64,000 nucleotides of DNA. Origin: a virus. The stretch spans positions 32,001-96,000 of IMG/VR virus record IMGVR_UViG_3300046787_000390, one strand, 5' to 3'. How positions within the stretch are numbered: position 1 is the first letter of the stretch; the number at the start of each line of letters is the position of its first letter. The position numbers were made by a program, and so were the translations under genes. The notes under the pieces were generated by a model. That model ran no database searches, had not been told where the DNA came from, and saw nothing but the letters and a program-made list of their open reading frames with translations. Below, piece by piece: positions 49,927 through 57,749 of this stretch.

Positions 49927-50657
49927 CAGAAGCAGCCGGGCAACCGCCGCAAGGTCCGGTTCAGTGTGCTTGTTTAATACACGGCACTGCCTACTCATGG
50001 GATTACGTAGATCGCTTGTATAACATGCTGAGTCGTAATCTATCCCGTGGTATACAATTGCATGTTTATACAGAACCAGACAGAAAAGTTCCTGCTCATA
50101 TGGTCAAGCATGAATTAAAGGACCTTGGCGTATCGGGACCTAAAAAGGCCTGGTGGTACAAATTGCAACTGTTTAATCACAAGCATTATCAAGGCCCGTT
50201 GCTGTATCTTGACTTAGACACAGTAATTACTGATAATATAGATTGGATTACACATCAGCCGTTGGAATATTTCTGGGCACCTCGGGATTTTAAACGACTT
50301 TGGCGCCCTAACCATACTGGTATTAATAGTAGTGTAATGTGGTGGGACACATCAAAATTCAATGACGTATGGCAAACATTCCGCAATCAAGAGTTTCCAT
50401 TGCTACAACGCAGGTACCCGGGCGACCAGGACTTTTTAAGTGATGTAATAACACAAGATAGGCGTAGATTTCTCGACGAACGTTTGATACGTAGTTGGAA
50501 ATGGGAATGTTTAGATGGCGGCTGGGACTTTAAACACAGAAAACATTACGAACCCGATACAGGGACACGACTTGGCGGTGCAGGAGTCCTTGTTTTTCAC
50601 GGTAAACCAAACCCATGTCAAGTACAAGATCCAGTGATTTTACAGCATTGGAAATAA
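49896..50657 (+). CDS. GT-A (GT8-like) glycosyltransferase
   Basis: YV.RL..M..RNL, WW.KL.LF, LYLDLD.VI, NSSVM.W, GDQD, VFHG.P.P. Confidence 0.8.
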   Translation: MGKKDRLRALAEAAGQPPQGPVQCACLIHGTAYSWDYVDRLYNMLSRNLSRGIQLHVYTEPDRKVPAHMVKHELKDLGVSGPKKAWWYKLQLFNHKHYQGPLLYLDLDTVITDNIDWITHQPLEYFWAPRDFKRLWRPNHTGINSSVMWWDTSKFNDVWQTFRNQEFPLLQRRYPGDQDFLSDVITQDRRRFLDERLIRSWKWECLDGGWDFKHRKHYEPDTGTRLGGAGVLVFHGKPNPCQVQDPVILQHWK

Positions 50658-50698
50658 TTTTATAGGCATAAATATCTTTAATCGGAGATTACACATAT

Positions 50699-51163
50699 AT
50701 GACTACTAGAACATTTAAACAGAATGGCATTGCATTTGGGCCAACACCTGTAAATATTACTGCAAAAATTGATAATGTTGTAGTATATGAAGGCACAGTT
50801 GAGACTTTGGATGAGTCTTTGCCAGTCTTGCCAAACCCAGCGTATACTGTAACTAATACACTATTTTCGTGGACTACTGACGTGGCATTTTCAGGTAATG
50901 CTGTTCTTGAAATAACAACAGACGGCAATGTGTTACTAGCCTCTACTTCTTCGAATTATACTCCGTTTACAGAAAACGGAAATATTTATTCATCGGGCGC
51001 AAATAATTTTATTGCATTTACCTCTGGACAGTTTGGTAATACTTACATCAATGATTCACTGCAAACAGTTTCCCATGGCGACCTACCGGGCATGTGGTGG
51101 TGGCAATTACAACCTAGCGATACCTTTGTAGAAAATATAACAATAAATCCTGGGCTTGAATAA
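50699..51163 (+). CDS. hypothetical late (probably structural) protein
   Basis: Late promoter at 50669-50674; GGAG SD; beta-rich. Confidence 0.55.
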   Translation: MTTRTFKQNGIAFGPTPVNITAKIDNVVVYEGTVETLDESLPVLPNPAYTVTNTLFSWTTDVAFSGNAVLEITTDGNVLLASTSSNYTPFTENGNIYSSGANNFIAFTSGQFGNTYINDSLQTVSHGDLPGMWWWQLQPSDTFVENITINPGLE

Positions 51164-51178
51164 AAGTTTATTTTAAAT

Positions 51179-51206
51179 AACCCTGCTAACAGCAGGGTTT
51201 TTGTTT
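51179..51206 (+). terminator. Rho-independent terminator
   Basis: AACCCTGCT-AAC-AGCAGGGTT-TTTGTTT. Confidence 0.8.
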
Positions 51207-51233
51207 GACCAAATATTACAATTTGAGTATAAT
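51205..51233 (+). promoter_or_regulatory. early promoter, TTGACCAA class
   Basis: TTGACC-17 nt-TATAAT. Confidence 0.8.
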
Positions 51234-51240
51234 ACAGGTT

Positions 51241-51402
51241 ATGAAAAAAGAACTACTATCTTTCACAGTTAAACAGCCTAAGCACCGGGCTCATCGTGTT
51301 CTTTTCTGCGAGGATACACCCTTTAAGCCCAAAGTAGTAGAGAGCAAAAAGGGTGTTTACAAGCGCCGCGACAAGCACCAAAAACCCTACACAGAAAAGT
51401 AA
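51241..51402 (+). CDS. ArfA-like (alternative ribosome-rescue factor-like) basic peptide
   Basis: 53 aa; DTPFKPKVVESKKGVYKRRDKH aligns with E. coli ArfA [24 protein letters not shown]. Confidence 0.5.
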   Translation: MKKELLSFTVKQPKHRAHRVLFCEDTPFKPKVVESKKGVYKRRDKHQKPYTEK

Positions 51403-51416
51403 TACTTTTGTAACAC

Positions 51417-51445
51417 TTGACCAAAAATTCCCGATTTGCTATAAT
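51417..51445 (+). promoter_or_regulatory. early promoter, TTGACCAA class
   Basis: TTGACC-17 nt-TATAAT with TG extension. Confidence 0.8.
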
Positions 51446-51472
51446 AATGGCATAGTAAGCAAAAAGGGAAAC

Positions 51473-51622
51473 ATGAAATACACTCTGATTACACGTAACG
51501 GTAAAGTATTAACTTTTTTCTTGAAGGTAGTAGCAGAGCAGTTTCAAACAGCATACGGCGGTGTTGTAATCACGCAACAAGTGCTAGAAACACAAGAAAC
51601 CGCAGAAACGGTTGACCAATAA
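51473..51622 (+). CDS. small early protein
   Basis: AGGGA SD; MKYTLITRNGK... Confidence 0.55.
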   Translation: MKYTLITRNGKVLTFFLKVVAEQFQTAYGGVVITQQVLETQETAETVDQ

Positions 51623-51962
51623 TGCCCAATTTGCTATAATATACACATACAGAAACAAAAAGGAATACAGATGGACGCTATCCAGAAAACAGCAATCAAA
51701 GAAACAGCAAAAGTAGTTGGTGCTATTACCGGCCTGGTAATTGTAGTATCGGTAGTTATTTCCTTGCTTTCATTGGGCGCTATCGCTGGTATCGTTATGG
51801 TGTATTGCTTGTTCATGGGCGTCAAGATGATCTACGATGCTAACCTTGCCCAAGCGAAAGCAGACGCCTATACCAAACAAGCAGAAATCGACGCAGAAAT
51901 TGATCGTTTGCACAAGTAAAACGGTTGACCAATAATTGCCCTTTTGCTATAATATACACATA
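51606..51962 (+). repeat. near-identical 44-bp direct repeats (51606-51649 and 51919-51962), each an early promoter
   Basis: AAACGGTTGACCAATAAT-N8-TGCTATAATATACACATA in both copies. Confidence 0.85.
51671..51919 (+). CDS. small early membrane protein
   Basis: Two hydrophobic segments; AAGGA SD. Confidence 0.6.
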   Translation: MDAIQKTAIKETAKVVGAITGLVIVVSVVISLLSLGAIAGIVMVYCLFMGVKMIYDANLAQAKADAYTKQAEIDAEIDRLHK

Positions 51963-51998
51963 ACAACAAAACATCAACAACAACTTTTTGGAGCTAAA

Positions 51999-53021
51999 AT
52001 GAGTTCAGTTCGTATTGTGCGTGGCGAGTATCGCAACAAAGTTATTTCTAATCAAGTGTTTGCTCTTGTGTCAGGCTTTCAAACAGGTGCCAAAGGTAAC
52101 TTCGTTACTGTCGAAAACAATGGTGCCTTTCCTAACTGTCCTGATTCGATTCGTGTGCGTGTTGACAGCATCGACGATGTAGAGTATACTACAGCAATGG
52201 CACATGACAATGTAATTAAACTTGAGCAACCAGCTCGTACCCAAGAAACAGACGAAGATGCAATGTCGCGTATTCGTGAGCGTTTTGAAATCCTGCATGA
52301 AATGACAAAAGCCACTGTGGCTGGCGACATTCGTGCTATGATTGTGTCAGGCCCCCCGGGTGTTGGCAAATCGTTTGGTGTGGAGAAAGAAATTGACAAA
52401 GCAACTATGTTTGATAAGCTCGCCGGGAAACGCCTTCGTGCTGAAGTTGTCAAAGGCAGTGCAACACCTATCGGTCTTTATCAAACTCTCTACAAATACT
52501 CAGATACAAATTGTGTGGTGGTGTTCGACGATTGCGACTCTATTTTACTCGACGACGTATCGCTTAACTTACTCAAAGGGGCGTTGGATTCCGGCAAGAA
52601 GCGTAAAATCTCCTGGTTGTCAGAGTCCAGCACACTGCGCCGTGAAGGCATTCCTGACAGCTTTGAGTTCAAAGGTTCCGTCATCTTTATCACCAACTTG
52701 AAGTTTGATGGCATGAAGAGCCAAAAGTTGCGTGATCACTTGGATGCACTGCAATCTCGTTGTCACTATCTTGACTTGACTCTTAACACCATGCGCGATC
52801 GTTTGTTGCGTATCCGTCAAATTGCCGCAGACGGCGAGTTGTTTGCAGACTACGATTTTGACAAGTGTGTGCAAGACGAGATTATCGAGTTTATGGACAC
52901 CAACAAAGATCGCTTGCGTGAAGTATCATTGCGTATGGCAATCAAGATTGCAGACTTGCGCAAGATGTCAGTTACTAACTGGAAGCGTTTGACAGAAACT
53001 ACTTGTATGAAGGCAGCTTAA
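51999..53021 (+). CDS. AAA-family ATPase (early)
   Basis: GPPGVGKS Walker A, VVVFDDCD Walker B, IFITN, ALQSR; GGAG SD. Confidence 0.85.
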   Translation: MSSVRIVRGEYRNKVISNQVFALVSGFQTGAKGNFVTVENNGAFPNCPDSIRVRVDSIDDVEYTTAMAHDNVIKLEQPARTQETDEDAMSRIRERFEILHEMTKATVAGDIRAMIVSGPPGVGKSFGVEKEIDKATMFDKLAGKRLRAEVVKGSATPIGLYQTLYKYSDTNCVVVFDDCDSILLDDVSLNLLKGALDSGKKRKISWLSESSTLRREGIPDSFEFKGSVIFITNLKFDGMKSQKLRDHLDALQSRCHYLDLTLNTMRDRLLRIRQIAADGELFADYDFDKCVQDEIIEFMDTNKDRLREVSLRMAIKIADLRKMSVTNWKRLTETTCMKAA

Positions 53022-53022
53022 T

Positions 53023-53241
53023 ATGGAAAAACTTATCGCAATTGTTAGTGCTATTGCACTTGCACTAGCAGGTGTTATGTTCATCAGCTTCTTGATGTCA
53101 TGGCCAGTGATGATGTTGTGGAATGAATGCTTGGTAGGCGCAGTAGCAGGTGTTAACAAAGTTACTTGGTTGCAAGCATGGGGCATTTCAATCCTAACAG
53201 GTATCTTGTTCAAAGAAACTTCTGTAAAGTTTAGCAAATAA
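53023..53241 (+). CDS. small membrane protein
   Basis: Hydrophobic; WN..L........VTWLQAWG motif common in phage membrane ORFs. Confidence 0.6.
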   Translation: MEKLIAIVSAIALALAGVMFISFLMSWPVMMLWNECLVGAVAGVNKVTWLQAWGISILTGILFKETSVKFSK

Positions 53242-53250
53242 GGAAACGCT

Positions 53251-53367
53251 ATGTTTGAAATTTGGGAAGGCGACTTGTATTTGTATAGTGTGGACACACG
53301 TTACGAGGCCGATGAACAAGAGGAAGCCGGCTTTACTGTAAAATCTCTGGAGTACTACGGTGCGTGA
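53251..53367 (+). CDS. 38-aa acidic protein (not in ORF track)
   Basis: AAGGA SD; MFEIWEGDLYLYSVDTRYEADEQEEAGFTVKSLEYYGA. Confidence 0.5.
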   Translation: MFEIWEGDLYLYSVDTRYEADEQEEAGFTVKSLEYYGA

Positions 53368-53518
53368 ACTAGTTATTACACGAATCCAAGAGTGTGCTTG
53401 TGGCGAGCCTGTAATCGAGGATGCTAATGGCGACGAGCATGTGGTATCAGAACTGGACTTGATGAGCGACGAAGACTTACTGATCTTGTTTGAAGAATTA
53501 ATTGGCTTTAACGGATAA
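53360..53518 (+). CDS. 52-aa acidic protein (not in ORF track)
   Basis: GGAG SD, GTG start; tiles with neighbouring ORFs. Confidence 0.45.
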   Translation: MRELVITRIQECACGEPVIEDANGDEHVVSELDLMSDEDLLILFEELIGFNG

Positions 53519-53522
53519 CAAC

Positions 53523-53672
53523 ATGGACAAATATGAACAAATAAAAAAGCTGGCTCAAGCGGCCATGCTGATTCAAGAAGTAATCAATTCAGGCGATTGC
53601 CCGTATACTTTCGAGCTTGAAGAGATCAACGAAACGATTGCTGATTTAGCAGACGAAATCGAGGAAGCATAA
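53523..53672 (+). CDS. 49-aa acidic helical protein (not in ORF track)
   Basis: GGA SD; MDKYEQIKKLAQAAMLIQEV... Confidence 0.5.
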   Translation: MDKYEQIKKLAQAAMLIQEVINSGDCPYTFELEEINETIADLADEIEEA

Positions 53673-53727
53673 CCCCGCAGTGTGCGTAGGGGCAATGTCA
53701 ATAAGACCTCTCCGATAAGGAAATATT

Positions 53728-53832
53728 ATGGGCTCAGATAAAGCATTTTTCGGAACTATCCTTGCATTGTTTGCATTGATGACAGGTAACCCAGGTACTG
53801 CCTTGATTATTTTTATTATTGCGGTGATGTAA
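53728..53832 (+). CDS. 34-aa membrane peptide (not in ORF track)
   Basis: AAGGA SD; hydrophobic hairpin. Confidence 0.45.
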   Translation: MGSDKAFFGTILALFALMTGNPGTALIIFIIAVM

Positions 53833-53975
53833 TGATACTGATTAATATTTTCTTTGCGTGGTGGATGTGGGACGTAGCATCGACTCATTTTGAAAAAGGC
53901 AACAACACATTAGGATGGGTCGGTATTGCACTTAGCGCAGCAAACGCAGCAACAGCACTTGCTCATTTGATTTAG
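53832..53975 (+). CDS. 47-aa membrane peptide (not in ORF track)
   Basis: TAATG coupling; two hydrophobic segments. Confidence 0.45.
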   Translation: MILINIFFAWWMWDVASTHFEKGNNTLGWVGIALSAANAATALAHLI

Positions 53976-54008
53976 TTAGCTCCTGGATCGTGAAAACGGT
54001 TCATTTAC

Positions 54009-54035
54009 AACAGGCTCTTCGGGGCCTGTTTTTTT
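54009..54035 (+). terminator. Rho-independent terminator
   Basis: AACAGGCTC-TTCG-GGGCCTGTT-TTTTT. Confidence 0.85.
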
Positions 54036-54062
54036 GACTTTATGCAGCGATAAGTATATACT
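54034..54062 (+). promoter_or_regulatory. sigma70-type promoter
   Basis: TTGACT-17 nt-TATACT, 6 nt before the ATG. Confidence 0.7.
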
Positions 54063-54068
54063 ACTACG

Positions 54069-54923
54069 ATGCTTTCTATTACTTTAGGAACCGCAAATCC
54101 TTTAACACTACAATTCCAAATACGAAATACACCTGTTGCAGCCTTATGGCGAGACCGTATGCAAAACAGGAACTCCTGGCCACTTGATCATCCGGATCGA
54201 TTTTACGGTTTTAACACACTTGAGCAAGAACAACTCCGAGCACAGGAATTCGTTCAGCAATGCATTGATACAATAAACAGTCACAGGCCGTTAATTAATA
54301 GGCCATTTGATTGGACACAAGATTGTTTAAATTATTTGCACAACATATTTGAAATACATCACGGGTTATTAGATCAGCAAACATCAGAATACTGGCTAAC
54401 TGCCGACGATACTGCCAGGCGTGCAATAGGGGAATTAAACATAGCAGTACATCGATGCGAAACTGCAATGCGAAACCCAGCGCCGCGAGTTGTTTGTACC
54501 TGGTACGGTATGCCTAAAACACACAGGCTATCTGAAGAATTGCAAAGCACGTATGGCACTTGGCAAATTAACTTTGGTACAGTTTATTTGAACTATTGCG
54601 AGATAGGAAAAACTGTTGAGGATTTAGAACACGACAATGACAAGTATATTGCAGACGAAGCGTTTCAACCGTTTAGTCACTACAGCGCAGACTTCAATAT
54701 TCAATTTCACGATCGGAACCTAAGTGAGAAATACGGAAGAATACAACGCTACATTGATCAACACCGAGAGTTTTTCCTTGCAAAAAATATCACTAGTGTG
54801 TATAATGTAAAGGCACGGCCCTTGAGATTTCCAGTAGCGGATTTAATTTACACAGGCGCCAAAGAAGATCTATTAGTAGAAATTGCAAAACGACAATGGA
54901 TTAGCCAGATAGAAATAGAATGA
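54069..54923 (+). CDS. hypothetical protein
   Basis: 284-aa ORF; LNYLH.IFE..HG and LN..VHRCE motifs; family not recognised. Confidence 0.65.
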   Translation: MLSITLGTANPLTLQFQIRNTPVAALWRDRMQNRNSWPLDHPDRFYGFNTLEQEQLRAQEFVQQCIDTINSHRPLINRPFDWTQDCLNYLHNIFEIHHGLLDQQTSEYWLTADDTARRAIGELNIAVHRCETAMRNPAPRVVCTWYGMPKTHRLSEELQSTYGTWQINFGTVYLNYCEIGKTVEDLEHDNDKYIADEAFQPFSHYSADFNIQFHDRNLSEKYGRIQRYIDQHREFFLAKNITSVYNVKARPLRFPVADLIYTGAKEDLLVEIAKRQWISQIEIE

Positions 54924-56389
54924 AAACAGCATCAATTATAATCAAAGACGAAGTTAACATCAAAATCGAAGGATTAGAGTTAGACGTTCGCAAGGCACTA
55001 GTTAATGCCTTTAAGTATGAGAACCCCGCAGCACGTTATATGCCAGCAGTTCGACTTGGACGTTGGGACGGCAAGGTAGCATACTTCCAACTTGGTGGTA
55101 GCACTTATACAAACTTGCTGCCAGAGATTGTGCCCATACTGGAAAAATTCAATTACGACATTGAACTAGATGATCAGCGCACTTACTCAAACACATTCCA
55201 GTTTGATACAATGCTGGAAGATACATTCTCTACAATTACATGGCCCAAGGGTCACCCAATGGTAGGACAACCAATTGGGTTACGTGATTATCAAGTTGAG
55301 ATCGTTAATAACTTTCTAGCAAATCCACAGTGTATCCAGGAAGTTGCTACAGGTGCAGGCAAAACAATTATGACTGCATCGCTTAGTTGGAACGTTCAGA
55401 AATATGGGCGAAGCATTGTTATTGTTCCAAACAAGAGTCTAGTTACACAAACAGAAAAAGACTACATTAACTTGGGACTAGATGTTGGTGTATACTTTGG
55501 TGATCGCAAGGATTACAACAAGACACATACAATTTGCACTTGGCAGAGTCTAAACAATCTGCTCAAAGAAACTAATTCGGGCACTGCTCACTTTACAATA
55601 CAAGACTTTTTAGAAGATGTTGTGTGCGTGATAGTAGACGAAGTGCATATGGCCAAGGCAGAGGCACTTAAAACTCTGCTCACAGGTGTTATGGCACATA
55701 TTCCTATTCGCTGGGGACTAACAGGCACAGTGCCTAAAGAAAAGTTTGAAAGCCAGGCATTGCTAGTGAGCCTGGGCCCAGTCATTGGTAAGCTGTCAGC
55801 TAACGAATTGCAACAGCAAGGTGTGCTAGCACAATGTCATGTAAACATTGTGCAACTAGTGGACCACGTAGAATACAAAGACTATCAAAGCGAACTAAAA
55901 TACTTGCTTGAAGAGTCAGGGCGATTAGATACAATGGCAGATCTTGTGAACAAAGTTAACGAAACAGGTAACACTCTGGTGCTAGTTGATCGTACCGAGT
56001 GCGGCAGACAGCTAGTGGCACGTCTTGGCGAACGAGCAGTATTTGTATCAGGTGCAACTAAAGGAACAAAGAGACAGGAAGAATATGATGCAGTGGCTGA
56101 TGCAACGGACAAAATTATTGTGGCCACCTACGGCGTGGCTGCGGTTGGTATTAACATTCCTAGAATTTTTAACTTGGTGCTCATTGAGCCTGGTAAAAGT
56201 TTCGTTAGGGTTATCCAATCGATTGGTCGTGGCATCCGCAAAGCTGAGGATAAGGATCATGTTGAGATCTGGGACGTTACCTCAACGTGTAAGTTTGCAA
56301 AACGACACTTGACCAAGCGCAAGGCATTTTATAAAGAAGCTAACTATCCTTTCTCGGCAGAAAAGCTAGAATGGATGAAAATTAAATAA
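54920..56389 (+). CDS. uvsW: SF2 DNA helicase (UvsW-like)
   Basis: WDGK, LRDYQ, ATGAGKT, VDEVH, GLTGT, GINIP, IQSIGRG.R. Confidence 0.9.
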   Translation: MKTASIIIKDEVNIKIEGLELDVRKALVNAFKYENPAARYMPAVRLGRWDGKVAYFQLGGSTYTNLLPEIVPILEKFNYDIELDDQRTYSNTFQFDTMLEDTFSTITWPKGHPMVGQPIGLRDYQVEIVNNFLANPQCIQEVATGAGKTIMTASLSWNVQKYGRSIVIVPNKSLVTQTEKDYINLGLDVGVYFGDRKDYNKTHTICTWQSLNNLLKETNSGTAHFTIQDFLEDVVCVIVDEVHMAKAEALKTLLTGVMAHIPIRWGLTGTVPKEKFESQALLVSLGPVIGKLSANELQQQGVLAQCHVNIVQLVDHVEYKDYQSELKYLLEESGRLDTMADLVNKVNETGNTLVLVDRTECGRQLVARLGERAVFVSGATKGTKRQEEYDAVADATDKIIVATYGVAAVGINIPRIFNLVLIEPGKSFVRVIQSIGRGIRKAEDKDHVEIWDVTSTCKFAKRHLTKRKAFYKEANYPFSAEKLEWMKIK

Positions 56390-56391
56390 AT

Positions 56392-56420
56392 TTGACTTTC
56401 AGACTCAAATATAGTAAACT
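56392..56420 (+). promoter_or_regulatory. sigma70-type promoter
   Basis: TTGACT-17 nt-TAAACT, 6 nt before the ATG. Confidence 0.6.
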
Positions 56421-56426
56421 ACTAAC

Positions 56427-56927
56427 ATGCGAATCCTTACATTAGACAACAACAGTTTTGATCTAGATCACTTGCCCGAAGAAGTAGATGATATGCGCTT
56501 TGCTATCCTCGATAATTCTACGCCAGTAGATCCTGATTACCAATATATCCCACTTATCTTTTTAGAAAGTTTTACAGCCCCTGCTCTTGTATTGCAAATA
56601 GGACAACATCGAATCAAGATGCCCATGGACTGGCAAATATTAATCGGGGAGCCAGACTTGGGCGATCTCGAAATGCTACCACTAACATCAATTAACGATC
56701 GCGGTTTCAAAGTATTTGAGTTTAACCCACTAACAAGTTTCCGACCTAGTTTCCCGTCAATTGAGATTGTAGACGTGTATCAAGAAGTCACGTGGTATGC
56801 CCCTAAACTTAAAAACGGGCAGATGCTATGTGTACCGATTACAGAAGGTGCAAAGCCACAATGTGTTTATTTTGTTAAAGACATTAGCCGCAACTGTGAA
56901 ATTGTAGACTATAATAAAGCGTGGTAA
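56427..56927 (+). CDS. hypothetical protein, possibly a degenerate Hint-fold domain
   Basis: 166-aa beta-rich ORF; see findings. Confidence 0.6.
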   Translation: MRILTLDNNSFDLDHLPEEVDDMRFAILDNSTPVDPDYQYIPLIFLESFTAPALVLQIGQHRIKMPMDWQILIGEPDLGDLEMLPLTSINDRGFKVFEFNPLTSFRPSFPSIEIVDVYQEVTWYAPKLKNGQMLCVPITEGAKPQCVYFVKDISRNCEIVDYNKAW

Positions 56928-56928
56928 T

Positions 56929-57075
56929 ATGACATATTCCGAACCAGAATTAATCGATTTAATGAAACGCATGGTAGCAATCTACTTAGAAAGCTATCCA
57001 GCTGACGAAGAAGAACTTCGACGTTTCCAAACTTGGGTACTGCGTCAATGGGGCTACAGAGATGGGCAGTCTTAA
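56929..57075 (+). CDS. 48-aa hypothetical protein (not in ORF track)
   Basis: Fills the gap between neighbouring genes: MTYSEPELIDLMKRMV... Confidence 0.45.
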   Translation: MTYSEPELIDLMKRMVAIYLESYPADEEELRRFQTWVLRQWGYRDGQS

Positions 57076-57313
57076 ACCGGGCGCTACTTACATCTATGAA
57101 CGAGCAGGTGCTGTCATCTATGCTCGCGAGTTTGGCGAAACCAAACGCCGTGTAGTTGGATACGAAGGTAACGACGAAACTATTTCTGCATCTAGCAAAC
57201 GTCTATTGTCTGAAATGAACGACGTTGTTAAAATGTGTGAAACTGATCCGGCAATGAAAGCCATGTTAGAACAGCTATTTGTAATGTATAATCTAAAGAA
57301 AAATCATGAGTGA
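57062..57313 (+). CDS. hypothetical protein
   Basis: LKPGATYIYER....IYAREFGE..R..VG. Confidence 0.6.
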   Translation: MGSLKPGATYIYERAGAVIYAREFGETKRRVVGYEGNDETISASSKRLLSEMNDVVKMCETDPAMKAMLEQLFVMYNLKKNHE

Positions 57314-57749
57314 TAAACTAAACATTGCTAATGAGATGCGAGTGTTTGATCAGAAGGATCGAACTTTCTATGACAATTTAACAGACGAAGAGCGCAAGAA
57401 GTTTTCTACTTACCTGATGATTCGTTGGGGCAGTTCTGTGCAAGGCAGTAGAGATTTGCAAGAGTTTTATGTTATTGCAACCAATGAGAGACTCAACAAA
57501 CATTTCTTTAACGTGGGCAAGCATCCTAAACTTCAATGGTTGTTGGCAACAACTGTGAGCCCGGACCTGGGTGCGTTTAGACATCAATGGATTGCTCCTA
57601 AGAAAAAAGAACCAGGTGCAGGTAGCTTAAAGAAACAACTAGCAGAATTGTTTCCTGCATACAAAGATGACGAGATTGAAGTGCTGGCTGCAATTACTAC
57701 TAAAAAAGAACTAGACGCTTATATCAAGCAACACGGCAGAGAAAAATGA
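57306..57749 (+). CDS. putative clamp-loader small subunit (T4 gp62-like)
   Basis: F..Y.M.R..S...N.......LQ..L...V.......W..K pattern; located in the replication cluster. Confidence 0.45.
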   Translation: MSDKLNIANEMRVFDQKDRTFYDNLTDEERKKFSTYLMIRWGSSVQGSRDLQEFYVIATNERLNKHFFNVGKHPKLQWLLATTVSPDLGAFRHQWIAPKKKEPGAGSLKKQLAELFPAYKDDEIEVLAAITTKKELDAYIKQHGREK

